From: Patescibacteria group bacterium
Lineage (GTDB): Bacteria; Patescibacteriota; Gracilibacteria; BD1-5; UBA2023
DNA: 64,000 bases
Assembly: GCA_036171455.1 (NCBI GenBank)
Contig: JAVHRB010000091.1
Location: 2,977-66,976 of the forward strand
Reading direction: 5' to 3'
A program made the translations under genes and the position numbers. Position 1 is the stretch's first letter; every line of letters begins with the position of its first letter. Below the pieces are notes generated by a model. It saw nothing but the letters and a program-made list of their open reading frames with translations, had not been told where the DNA came from and made no database searches. Positions 35,261 to 45,777 of the stretch are shown one piece after another.

Positions 35261-35390
35261 GCTGGGGTTTGATAAAAAAGTATGCCTTTAAGGGATTCGA
35301 AACGGAATCACTTCTACGTTGCATTATATGCGAATTCAACATTCGGGAATAAAATTTCCTCAAGCACACTGGAACGCTGGCTTTTCTCGC

Positions 35391-35418
35391 TTGACAAATA
35401 TTTATTTGTACATATGAT
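35391..35418 (+). promoter_or_regulatory. sigma70-like promoter
   Basis: TTGACA (35391-35396), 16-nt spacer, TATGAT (35413-35418). About 38 nt upstream of ATG 35456. Confidence 0.5.
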
Positions 35419-35455
35419 AGTATGTATTGTATACATACGAACAAACCTAAAAGCT

Positions 35456-35680
35456 ATGCCAGACCCGGTTCCGTCGATTTCCCCAGAAACATTGATGACC
35501 CTCAAGTTAGTGCTCTATCCCATAGCGGTTATGGTAATCTCTTTGATGTTGCAAAGGGGTACTTGCGTCGTGGTAGATTTAGCAAAGAAATTTTACGAAT
35601 TCTTGCTGATTTTGAACAAAGCAGGAACAGTAATCATCATAGGGTACTATATAGGGCTCGCCTATTTCAAGCTCACATAG
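35456..35680 (+). CDS. small 2-TM protein, 74 aa
   Basis: Internal ATG of ORF 35282..35680. Hydrophobic segments LKLVLYPIAVMVISLML and GTVIIIGYYIGLAYF. Confidence 0.5.
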   Translation: MPDPVPSISPETLMTLKLVLYPIAVMVISLMLQRGTCVVVDLAKKFYEFLLILNKAGTVIIIGYYIGLAYFKLT

Positions 35681-35746
35681 GGCTCTTCTCCGTACCGCGA
35701 CGCCTATACGGATAAAAAAATACAAATACCGATAACTCCTCAAAAT

Positions 35747-36508
35747 ATGCCAGTATCAATCCCTGTCAGGTTCGACCAGGACTTCCCACGCAAGGCTGAC
35801 ACCATAGACCTCTCGAGCTACGACTTTTCTTCCAATAGCGGTACGCCGAAACGCATACCCCGGGATACCGTACGGGAAGACGTGCCCATAGCGGATTCAA
35901 ATGGCATGGCATTTCCAGGTTGGGTACCCGCGATACCGGAAACCATTCCTGAAATGGACGGAGAGACGGAATGGGACTGCGCTCGGGACGGCGGACGGGA
36001 AGCGGAACATACCCCTGGAGAAAACGAATCGTTCGCTCCGGAAGCCGGGATGGTCCCGGACGAACTCTGGGAAAGCCTGCTCTACGGCGACGAATCCGGC
36101 ATACCGCCGGTCGAAGTCACTGTTTCGAGTCCAGTCATCGCGAACGAGCGGGCCAGGAAGGAACGCCTGGAGCGCGAGCGGGAACGTCAGAGAGAATCCA
36201 GAGAGCGGAAATACCTTCTTCTCGATATTCTCCTTTCGGTATTCCGGGCGATTGTCCTCTCCCTTGCTGGATTATACCAGCGTTCCGAGCGGAAAGTACA
36301 GGCGATGAAACGGAACGGGTTCCCGGACGCGGAACTCTACAACCCGAAGCAACTCTTCTATATAGCGCTGTCCCTCCCGAATACTGCCGACACTTTCGCG
36401 AAGGTCCGGCTCCTGTTGCCATTGATGCCGGAAAAATTTATTTACAAAATTTTGAAAACCAAAAAAGACACGGTCGCCAGTTACCAAAAAGTCTTCGCGA
36501 AACGGTAG
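35747..36508 (+). CDS. hypothetical protein with acidic N-terminus, charged coil and one TM, 253 aa
   Basis: Intact ORF in the track. ERARKERLERERERQRESRERK followed by LLLDILLSVFRAIVLSLAGL. Confidence 0.6.
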   Translation: MPVSIPVRFDQDFPRKADTIDLSSYDFSSNSGTPKRIPRDTVREDVPIADSNGMAFPGWVPAIPETIPEMDGETEWDCARDGGREAEHTPGENESFAPEAGMVPDELWESLLYGDESGIPPVEVTVSSPVIANERARKERLERERERQRESRERKYLLLDILLSVFRAIVLSLAGLYQRSERKVQAMKRNGFPDAELYNPKQLFYIALSLPNTADTFAKVRLLLPLMPEKFIYKILKTKKDTVASYQKVFAKR

Positions 36509-36618
36509 ATTTTTCGCGGGAGTCCGAGTTTCCCATTTCTCGGTACCGCGCACTGGGAAGCCATTCCTGCCACTTGGCGAACGTTGTCGAACGTGGAGAC
36601 CATAACCAAATCCAAACC

Positions 36619-37068
36619 GTGAGAATATTCCAACCTACCGAACTCCTCATTCATACGGTCGCACTGGGCGAGAAATCCGGCATAACGTACCGCCAGTACT
36701 GGGCGTTCCGGCACGGAGGAAACCCGTACCCGGAGAAGGTACTCGAGACGGTATCCATAGGAAGGAGAGTAGGCGAGACTTTCCCGCTGAAGTACCCGTT
36801 GCTGCCGGTCCGCCTCCCGCGGGTACGGGGCATGGGGAAGCGGGAACTTTGAGCATTCCTCGCGGAGGAGACCGAAAGGAACCGCCCGTACCTCGACCGA
36901 GTGGGAACGGTGCTCGCCAAGGGCATCGAGTCGTACCTGCGGGACGAAACCACGGGAACGGCCGAAACCGCCTTCGTCTGGGTAAGGCTCCCGCGACGGT
37001 ACGCATTTCTCGGTACCCTGCTCGGTCCGGGGGACGCTGACGTGGACGATGGGGAAAAGCCGCCGTAA
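36619..37068 (+). CDS. putative HTH DNA-binding protein, 149 aa
   Basis: Distal part of the frame of ORF 35971..36852, continued through TGA 36850-36852 to TAA 37066-37068. HTH-like ALGEKSGITYRQYWAFRHG. Start uncertain (GTG 36619 or TTG 36574). Confidence 0.45.
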
Positions 37069-37336
37069 CCGGGACTCCCGACCGGGCGCGGAGCTCCGGA
37101 AACCTCATCTCGGAACCGAGTTTGCCGCGTGGACGGCGCGGTTACGGCGCGTCATTTCCCCTCGTGTGCCACGCATCGGGCTTAGAAAATCGGGGTTTCC
37201 GGAAAATCCGGGAACTGAGGGTCTTCCCCGGGGGAAGTGGTCCCGGGAAACGAGACCAACGGAATACGGCGGAATCCAAGGGGGAAGCCCCCTTCCAAAA
37301 TAGACACGGCTTTTCAAAATATATACCAATATTCCA

Positions 37337-37495
37337 ATGAAAAAAACTTTCAAAAAACGCACGATGAATATTCGAAAAGGAACGGGACCCGGTACAAAGA
37401 CCGTCAGGACCGCCCGAGCTGCCGGACATGGCGGCACGGCCGGAACGGTGGTGGTCGCGGTCATCCTCGTGGCAATCCGGATTTTCCTCCGATAG
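37337..37495 (+). CDS. possible small membrane peptide, 52 aa
   Basis: ATG 37337 to TAG 37493-37495. Basic N-terminus then TAGTVVVAVILVAIRIFL. Below the ORF-track cut-off. Confidence 0.3.
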   Translation: MKKTFKKRTMNIRKGTGPGTKTVRTARAAGHGGTAGTVVVAVILVAIRIFLR

Positions 37496-37534
37496 GGACG
37501 GGACTCGACTGATTATTTCCAAACCAATACCAAT

Positions 37535-38125
37535 ATGAATTTTGTAGAACCGATTCGCGACGTGAAAAAGATATCGCAAATCAAGAACATGCTTTCCGGG
37601 TCTGGCGACATCCGGACACTATTGATGTTCGAACTCGGTATAAACAGCGCCCTCCGGGCCAGTGACCTTCTCCGGGTCGCGGTCGGCGACGTGTTCGACC
37701 GCGATGGGACCGTTCGGGATTTCTTCGAGATACGGGAGAAGAAAACGGGAAAGCGGGGCAGGATTTCCATTACCCCGAAGGTTCGGGAAACCCTGGGGCT
37801 GTATTGGAAGACATATCCGCATGTGACCGACGTTCCGTCGAATTTCCTGTTCTTCGCGAAAAAGACCTTCCCGCTCGGGAGCAAAGCCATTTGACGGGGT
37901 CGCGCATGGGAAATAATAAGCGATATTTGCGAAGACGTCGGGCTTCAGGGAAAATTCGGCGTACATACGCTAAGGAAATGTTTTGGGTTCCATGCGCGAA
38001 AGAATTCCATTCCGATGGAGCTGATTATGGCCAGATTGAACCATGCGAATTCCGAAGTCACGAAAAGGTACATCTGAATCACAGACGACGAAATCGACGA
38101 GGCATGCCAGAAACTCGATTTGTAG
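37535..38125 (+). CDS. short tyrosine recombinase/integrase (catalytic domain only), 196 aa
   Basis: Fragment 37535..37894 continues through TGA 37892-37894 and one more to TAG 38123-38125. Catalytic residues in order: ALRASDLL (Arg), HTLRK (H-x-x-R), RLNHANSEVTKRYI (His...Tyr). Confidence 0.9.
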
Positions 38126-38145
38126 AAAACCGGGGAAGATTCCCA

Positions 38146-38182
38146 AAAATCCCACCGTATCGTTTACCGGTGGGATTTTTTT
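38146..38182 (+). terminator. rho-independent terminator after the integrase gene
   Basis: Stem atcccaccg / cggtgggat followed by ttttttt. Confidence 0.8.
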
Positions 38183-38453
38183 ATGATTCGGTACCGGAGA
38201 TTGCCGAACCGCGTGGATAGCAGACATAACCAGCGAAATCGAATGTTGTGTCCACCATGAGGGAAGCGGCTTATGGCGATGAAATTTCACTTTCAATACA
38301 GTAATGGATTACCGGGTTAAACCGTACATAAGAGGGATTATGTTTGGTATCGCATTGGTCCGGGAATGCACATGGAATGAAAACTGGATTCCTGGTATTT
38401 TTTTTCGCATACAATTATCGCGAGCATGCTCGCTATTTCCTATTTTCAGCCAC

Positions 38454-38852
38454 ATGGACACAGATTTTCCAATTTCTTGTACCGGGGATGCCGTTACCGG
38501 TGACGCAATCCGGTTTGAAGAAGCTATTTTTGAAGGGAGTTTCCGGAATCCGAAATTCCGGTGAACGAGATTTGTCGAGGGTATTATCAGGAAGGACAGC
38601 TACGGGGCGCTAAAACAGCAGCACACCTTCAGCATCGAGGTAACGTTTTCGGAAGGAATCGAACCCTTGGTTCCCTGAAGCCTCGTGAAGCGAAAATGAC
38701 GAAACGTTTACAGAAACGGGACGTCTCGGAAACCATGGGACAACGAAAACGCGCGAATCCTGGCATGCGGTGAAAAACACATGCGCGGCGTGGAAGCCAG
38801 GGAAATACGCGACTTCCGGAGGTCAGAAGAAGCGGGTGGCTTCACGGATTAA
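38454..38852 (+). CDS. small protein, paralog A of a three-member family, 132 aa
   Basis: ATG 38454, three in-frame TGA, TAA 38850-38852. Shares C-x9-D-x-[IV]-RFEE, E[IV]..S.G.E, P/S-G-[ST], and W[DE]NE with the genes at 39184 and 39910. Confidence 0.7.
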
Positions 38853-38939
38853 ATTCGAAAGCGAAGAAAACAATAAAGTCGGTTTTTCTCTACGGAAAAT
38901 TCCAAATACAGACAATCGTTCCATTAACCAAACTGCCAC

Positions 38940-39167
38940 ATGTCAAAACTTCTCTGCCTCTACGGCATCCGAAATACCGGTTTCTACGTTCCTGGAGGTA
39001 TCGGAAACAAATACATCAAGGAAAAGGTTTCCAATAGCAAGACCGTTTACCGCATCGCTTCGACCCTCGAAGAATTAGTCCCTTCTCGAAATTCCTACTG
39101 AGAAAGGTGAAACTCTACGGGTGGACGGTTTTTCAGAATCAAGTCCCAGCTTTGAAAACCGGGATAA
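38940..39167 (+). CDS. possible small protein, 75 aa
   Basis: ATG 38940 to TAA 39165-39167 with three TGA (MSKLLCLYGIRNTGFYVPGG...). No homolog recognised. Confidence 0.25.
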
Positions 39168-39183
39168 GGGGAACCTATTCTCA

Positions 39184-39516
39184 ATGTTTATGCCCATGTA
39201 CAAGAACACGTATATTCGGTGCTTCCCCGATAATCTGGTTATTGGCGACATCGTTCGTTTCGAGGAAAAAGTCACCGGAGACCGAGGCACTCCCCATTTT
39301 CAATGGCGTTCGATAGAAGCGAAAATCGTCGGGGAGTTCTACACGCGGGCCAGGAAACAGTATTTTGAGTTTGAGATAATACACTCCAAGGGATACGAGC
39401 CCATAAAATCCTGAACCGTTGTTAAGCGTACAGCTTCAATCCTCTACCATAGTGTACTGTCGAGATTGGAATGGGAGAACGAATGGGTCAGAATACTTGG
39501 CCTCAGCAATTGGTAA
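39184..39516 (+). CDS. small protein, paralog B, 110 aa
   Basis: Within the frame of ORF 39121..39414, continued through TGA 39412-39414 to TAA 39514-39516. GDIVRFEE, FEFEIIHSKGYEPIKS-[TGA]-TVVKR, EWENE. Confidence 0.7.
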
Positions 39517-39519
39517 ATC

Positions 39520-39685
39520 GAGTGATATAAAATAGAAATGCTTCCCAGTATTCACCAATCCTCTTTGGTTCTAGTGATAGCATGGCTACTGCAGTCAAGG
39601 ACTCTCAAATCGTGGCTCCTAAAAGCATGCTGCTATATTCTTACTTCTCCATACCATTTGAGAACTGCCGGCAACTTCCCTTTAT
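39520..39685 (+). repeat. copy 1 of a ~170-bp imperfect direct repeat
   Basis: Aligns with 41636-41812 (gagtgata...ctctttggttctagtgatag...ataccatttgagaactgc...cttccct) with a 13-nt and a 2-nt indel. Starts 4 nt after the stop of paralog B. Confidence 0.8.
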
Positions 39686-39909
39686 TTCTCCTAAAAAACT
39701 GCTCCATACACAAGGCCATCTTGAGTTTTGGGCATAAGTACGGGAAGAACTAAGGTATGACCTTGTAGTCAAATCAACATAACTCCGAAATTTACCTTGA
39801 AATTTGATTCCATATTCACTCTACCGAAAAACTCATTCGATTATTTATGCCAGAAAGTGAAATTGTAAGTATAATCCTTCTTAGTATTCTTTTTTATAAC
39901 CGCTCTCGT

Positions 39910-40230
39910 ATGTGTTGACGTGACTTCGTCTGGTGCTTTCATATAGACCTCGTAGCGAACGACATTGTCCGCTTTGAAGAATCAGTTGTTAAGGATAGGA
40001 AGCTCGCTTCTGCCAATACGCGCATGATAGAGGCGAGAGTTGTGCGAATATACCTTACAAAAGCCGGAAAGGTACGCTATGAGCTTGAAATAATAGCATC
40101 AAAAGGAGTGGAAGCAATAGTACCGGGTACTCACATCCTAAGGAGTGATTTTGATTTTAATCGGAATCGACTTCACAGGATGATTTGGGATAATGAATTG
40201 CAGAGAGCGATTGCGGGATGTGAGACATAG
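39910..40230 (+). CDS. small protein, paralog C, 106 aa
   Basis: ORF 40024..40230 extended upstream through TGA 39916-39918 to ATG 39910. NDIVRFEE, YELEIIASKGVEAIVPGT, IWDNE. Confidence 0.65.
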
Positions 40231-40508
40231 ATACCCAGTCTCGGGAATATAATCCAGTTTGTGTAAACACAATCTAAATTCAGAAATTTCTCAAATGCTT
40301 CCTTACTGGTCTGAGGGTTTATTCTGAAGAACTCCTCATCCACTTCAAAAACGCTTGGGTCTGCAATAATTTTGGTCCGCGTGAATTCAGCAAACCACAA
40401 CCATCGTTCAAATTTCAAGAAAATAATCCTTCTAATCCTAGCTTCGGTTGTATTTGGAGGGTTTTTTCATGGATTAAAAGTATGTTCAAAGAGAGAATCG
40501 GAATCGGA

Positions 40509-41090
40509 CTATGTTTGCGTTGTTGCAATTATGTCCCCTGCCCTTTCCGATGCGTCAGGCAGGCATATCTGAACCTCCCCTTTCCCGAACTCTTCACGGA
40601 GTTCCATGAGCATTCCCGAGAAAACGGTTCCGGGTATCGTAGTGGAATCCGGATATGGGGTACCGTCGGCACGCTTCGGCTCATGGATGATTTTCGCATC
40701 CCCCGTAGCAAGAAGCAACGCTAGGATTTCCGGATTAAACTCGAGTTTCGCTCTGATGGCTCGTTTCATGAGACCTTGGTGTTCCGGAGAACCAACAACA
40801 TACGTATCGCTCAGGTACGTGAACGTATCCGTAGGAACGGCTCAATTTCCTACCTTCTTTGAAGCGATACCGTGCATCGCGGCTATACCCTCCCGTACGA
40901 CATCGTCTGGAAATTTGAGCCCCTGCCAGAAGCCCTCTACCGATTCGTAGCATCGTCCGTCCAGTTCGAACGGGGAACGAGCGAGGTTCGAAAGGGCCGC
41001 TTCGGTTGGATTGAAAGAATTCGAAGCGACGTTAAAGACTCTCTCCAGTTTCTCGGGAAGCGTTTCGGGGTATGGACTTGATATATTCAT
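40509..41090 (-). CDS. NADAR (YbiA/DUF1768) family protein, 193 aa
   Basis: Fragments 40842..41168 and 40509..40769 are in one frame across TGA 40842-40844. ATG 41090. Signature ALSNLARSPFELDGRCYESVEGFWQGLKF. Confidence 0.85.
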
Positions 41091-41272
41091 ATTATGGGGA
41101 TTGTACCTCTTTTCTATATTTTTCAATGCCCCACCGCCAGTACGCCTTCGAGCAAGATTGGGAAGCACAAAGGCAGGATGCGATTGTTAAACTGTAGATA
41201 TAAAAATAAGATTCTGAAAAAATATGGATATAATGCGTGTACAAACTATTACTTCTAACCAAATGGAACGAC

Positions 41273-41608
41273 ATGGAAAATAAAGAACTTAAACGGCGCG
41301 TAAGCATAATGTTCACAGCATTGCGAGGCAAGGGCTTCTTCGCGAGACAAAATCTCTTGTTTGGAGACACGGATGGATGGAGCGTAGTTCCCGATTGTTG
41401 CGAGAATGTCGTATTCTACAATGGACAATCCTATGATTCGACTTTCAAATATGGATATGATTCCGTTCTATGGCTCGCATGGGGCTGAGATGTCCAAAAA
41501 ATCATCGTGGCAGCTACAAAAGCAGGCCTCGAAACCGAATGGGAATGACTAGAAGACCGGAAGGTTTGTGTATTCCTTCCGGGAAACAAACCATCGGCTT
41601 CCATTTAA
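41273..41608 (+). CDS. hypothetical small protein, 111 aa
   Basis: ATG 41273 inside ORF 41237..41488, continued through two TGA to TAA 41606-41608 (ALRGKGFFARQN...VLWLAWG-[TGA]-D...EWE-[TGA]). Confidence 0.6.
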
Positions 41609-41635
41609 GAATCCAAATCAGATACCTGCTATATT

Positions 41636-41812
41636 GAGTGATACAATAGCAATGCTTCTCAGTATTCACCAACCCTCATTAATACTCTTTGGTTCTAGTG
41701 ATAGTACGGCTACTGTAATCAAAGACTCTGAAATCGTTGCTCCAAAAGGCATTCTGCTATTTTTACTCGCTTCCCTATACCATTTGAGAACTGCTGATAA
41801 CTTCCCTTCTTT
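41636..41812 (+). repeat. copy 2 of the ~170-bp direct repeat
   Basis: See 39520-39685. Starts 27 nt after the stop of the 41273..41608 gene and ends about 120 nt before the stop of the first serine recombinase gene. Confidence 0.8.
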
Positions 41813-41932
41813 GTGCCTTTACTTCCTCCCTCCATGGCTTTAAATGGCGATTAAGCCCGATAAGCGGCGATACTCCGCTACAAGCGTTTAGTATGGTTCG
41901 AGCGATAAATTGTTCGGGGAGCCATAGCATAA

Positions 41933-43390
41933 TCAACATATTTTCGCCCTCTTCAAGAGCTCGTTCTCCTGAATAGTAAGCGACAAATCATCCTTCGCAA
42001 AAAGTTCAACCTGAATTCCCTTCAGAACCTTGAATTTCCGCGAAGGATTTTTTGTAGCGTAGGCTGGGAGCAGGTTATCGAGGAGTTTAACCCATTTTAT
42101 GATTAGCCCCCTGGTGCTACGGGTATCGTCAGCAATGGTTGTTATTCGTTCTTCAAGATACTTCTTCCTTCGAAGCAATGAGAGCGAAGTCTCCTTATAA
42201 TCTTCGTCCGTAATGATTTCCGCAAGGAGCTTTTTCATAAGGGACTGTCGCTTTCATTCTATTCCTTCAAGTTCTTCCAATAATATATTCCTTTCGGAAA
42301 TCGTTCAGCTATCGGTCTTGAACTCCGTATTCAGGGCCATTTCCATATCTGAAATGAAGCCGTCGGGAAAAGAAAACCCCTTCATATAGTCATTCATTTT
42401 CTCAAAAAGGAACTTTTGTGAATAGTTCAACCTCCTTACGATGCGGTTTTGTCATCGATAGTAGATATAGGGGTTTCCGTATCGGTTGCGTGTTTCGTAA
42501 GAAATAAGTGGGTGTCCGTTGTAGTCATAAATCATTCCACGAAAATGTGCGTCATATGCCATATCTGGCTTTGACCTCAATTGCCTACGAATAGCATTCA
42601 CCTTCTCAAACGTGGCGCAACTGATAATAGGCTTGTATCAGGGCATTCGTATTTCGGCTTCTCATAGTTTCCCCCGCTGTATTCCTATATAGAATGGGTT
42701 TTTCAGCATTTGTTCGATGGTCGATACGTTTTTCTTGTATCAACATTCAAGGAAATACGCCGAAATCGACTTGAATTGTTCTCACTTTAATCTCATTTCA
42801 AAGGCCTTTTTCATAATTTCCGCTTCTTTCTCGACCACCAACACGTCGTGTCATATTCTTCCGAACTCATCGAAGAACTGATGGTTCTTGTATCAAAAAG
42901 GCGTAGGAGACATAACTCTGCCAGCTTGGAATAATGTTTCCATTTTTCTTCTGGTATTGCTCGACCTCATTTGATTGTCCGCCTTTGACATGAGGAATGA
43001 TATTCAGAGTATGAGCGCACTGAAAATATCGGTTCCATTAAAAAACTGCTTACTTTCGGAGGCATAAAAACCTTTGATATGGTTTTTATTTATTAGCTCC
43101 GTGAAGTAAGCAGCATCTATGGTGTTTCTTGATATTCTCGTTGGGTCGTAGGCGATGACGTAATCGTATCAACCCTTTTTACAAATAGAGAGTAATTGTT
43201 TGAAACCTGGTCGTTTTCCTTCATCTTTGGCACTTTTATGGTCTTCTATAATGATGGTCTCAAGGTCATAATCAGCAGCGAGTTTTTCGCAGTGTTGCCT
43301 TTGAGTTTCGATAGTAATCTGTTGTCGGTCATCTCTGTCGGTAGATTTCCGCAAATAGATTACGGCTCGCTGTCTTTTCATTCGTTTCAT
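41933..43390 (-). CDS. large serine recombinase, 485 aa
   Basis: I translated the full frame: fragments 43169..43390 and 41933..42238 are joined by an open frame containing only TGA. Resolvase motifs AVIYLRKSTD, YDYVIAYDPTRISRN. Recombinase domain PF-[TGA]-YK. C-terminal coiled region. Confidence 0.9.
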
Positions 43391-44883
43391 TGATTAAGAT
43401 TAAAAAGATTTTGGAAAGCTCACTCAAATAGGGTGATATGTGCGTCAGGTCAAACAATGAAAGAAACGCCCAAGCCTCGAAGAATGTCAGCTTTTTCTGT
43501 TTTCGATACTTTTTTATACGTGCCAGGCAAATCTTTGAAAAGGTTGGCATACATTTTCGCCGTGCCAGCAATGTCTTTTTTGTTTGACTTCATTTCTTCT
43601 AAAAGAAGTGTTTTTCTCTCTATGAGCTCGGTATTTTCAATTATGGACTTTTCATACTTTTCCACCAAAAGCTTCGAACTCGTTTCTCAAAGACGTTCCA
43701 TATAAGCATCAATAGCTTTTTTAAGTGTTTCAATTTCGCCTTGGAGCAAGTTCGTGGCTCTATCTTGCTCTTTTATAGTAAGGGCTAACTTATTTTTTAA
43801 TTGAGCCTCAATTAAAATCGAAAACGATGGTGGTGGTGAAAACTTGTGTATCTGCTTTCAGGCCTCCCTGAAAAGTTTGCTTTCAGCAACATTGATTTTG
43901 TAGGTATAGTCCTTGTTTCGTTGTCGGTAATATACCTTATCTTTGGTAATAGCTCACTGGAGCATCTGTCCTGCTACGTCAAAAACCATTTTATCAAGAA
44001 GTTTTTTTGAGTTTTTTGACGATACTGGGTTTGTTTTTCAGTGTTTTCTTGCGTGAAGCCTTTCATATTCAACAAGCCTATCGAATTTTGGCTTGTCTAT
44101 TATAGGCATATATCACGGGTTTCTAACGGGAAGCATTTCCCCTTTGTGCTTAAACTCTCAATACTGAATGGGGTGGAGGAGCGCCGTTTTGATATTTCAA
44201 CCAGTTTTTTTGTAGCCTCGCTCATCAAACATTTTTGCTATTTGCGTCCATTGACAACCATTTAATCGCCATTCATAAGCTAATCTTACAAGATTGGCCT
44301 TATCTGTATTGACAACCACTGCGGCATCTTTTCCTGTTTGGTCGTATCAAAATGGAAACTTACTGGTAAAGTGCCCTTTATCACTCTTTAAGAAATCATG
44401 ATAATCAGTAGAGGTAATAGATAAATGGCTATTTTCCTGTTTTGCCTTAAAAAGCTCGCCTTCCAAGTCAATCAAATCATTCGGGGACGACACTAAATAT
44501 GTTCTCCCCTGTGTCATGACACCGCACCTGATTTTTTGATTTTTAGCGTCCAAAGCACTCATAAAACTTGTTGTGTCCGTAGTATTTCTGGAAATACGAC
44601 TGACGTAATATGAAAGAACGTAATCAACTCAATGTTCCTTGATAGCAATCATCATATTTTGAAACCCCGAACGCCTCTTTGAACTTTCTTCTTTTGCCGA
44701 AACACTTTCAATAATAAAACCATTTTGTGGAAAGTCGCAAATTCGACCATCAAGACCTATAACTTCCAAATCAGGAGAATTTTTCAAAATCTTTTCAACC
44801 CAATGAGTTTGGAACTCAATCGAGTTTTTCTGTTTATCAGGACAATCAGTTGATTTGCGAATATATACGAAACACGTTTTCAT
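43360..44883 (-). CDS. large serine recombinase (second copy), 507 aa
   Basis: Fragments 44629..44883, 44347..44562 and 43450..43668 are in one frame. CFVYIRKSTD, VDYVLSYYVSRISRN, FPF-[TGA]-YD. TAA at 43362-43360 lies 31 nt inside the next recombinase gene. Confidence 0.85.
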
Positions 44884-44889
44884 AGTCGA

Positions 44890-45777
44890 TTACTTAAGAA
44901 TATGAGACAAAAAATCACTTATGAAACTCATTTGAGCTTCGAGCTCCCCATCGGTTAAAAGACTATCATCAATTCCATTCTCTCGAAGAAACTGACGTGT
45001 TTTTTCGATATTGAGTTTTTCAGGGTTTAATGAAGTTGAAGTGAAGTATTCAAAAATCTCTCATGTTTTAAGCGAGAGCTTCGAATTACCATCTTCCGAT
45101 ATGGCATAGTCATTATTGAGTGCCCCTCAAAAAAGCTTCCTTTTTATTCGTTCAATCGCTCAACCATCGTTCTGATAAAATACTACGGGCTCTATGGTCG
45201 CAGTCGTATCTCAAATAGAATATCGTTCTCATTTTACGTTTTTCCATCTACGAAGAAATCTTCCCATATTAAAATTATCAACGCCGCTGGCAATTCCGAA
45301 TTGGCCTGATTTATTCGTTCCAAACTCATCAACAATGCTTTTTGATATCAAATAGTCATACTCAAAATCTTTCTCGTGCTCCTTTTTGAAATCGTGAAAA
45401 GAAAAATCATTCATTAAATACGCAATCTTCTCTCACTTACACTCTTCCACGCAGATAAAAGTCTTGGTATTAAAAACGAAGTGATAAAAAACATACAGTG
45501 AAACCCAGAACTTTTCCGATTTTCCCATTCTCTCAAAAATATCGGTAAATCTGAAAGCGGAAATCTCCAAAGTTATGGCGTCGCTTTTTACCGTAAGACT
45601 TGGAAATCTGATATGACTTCATCAAAGAAAATCACCTGTCCTATCTATGTCTTTCAGGTTATCGGCAAGCAATGGCTTCATCTTTCATATGAACTCATCG
45701 AATGACTGTAGTCATTTCGTATCAATCTGAAAACCGCTCGTTAGAACGGTGTTTTGAATGTGATTTTCTTGTTTCAT
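44890..45777 (-). CDS. hypothetical protein, 295 aa
   Basis: ATG 45777-45775. Same frame as fragment 45229..45414, with multiple TGA. TAA 44892-44890, 6 nt before the recombinase start. Confidence 0.6.

Noticed and set aside
33995-38453. A tRNA or tmRNA gene as the integration target beside the integrase.
   Set aside because: No cloverleaf-compatible sequence or GTTCGA-type T-loop in a proper stem context was found on either strand by eye. tRNAscan-type tools should confirm this.
39538-39753. ORFs inside the direct repeats (39538..39753 and 41568..41843) as real paralogous genes.
   Set aside because: The 13-nt and 2-nt indels between the copies shift the frame, so no single frame is conserved across the whole repeat.
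39755-39763. gtatgacct matching the core of the 34.5-34.8 kb palindromic motif, read as an attL/attR pair around the integrase.
   Set aside because: Only 9 nt match, the flanks differ, and the match was found post hoc. Chance recurrence is plausible. It is worth a computational check but is not claimed.
40077-40418. Minus-strand ORF 40173..40418 downstream of NADAR.
   Set aside because: It starts at TTG. Under table 25 it would run on through most of paralog C in antisense. Paralog C is supported by family similarity, so this ORF was not annotated.
37535-41812. Integron: an integrase followed by promoterless cassettes with attC-like repeats.
   Set aside because: The recombinase is only 196 aa, lacks the IntI-specific insertion, and is co-oriented with the cassettes. 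The ~170-bp repeats are direct repeats without the R/L inverted-core structure of attC. One cassette gene is on the opposite strand.
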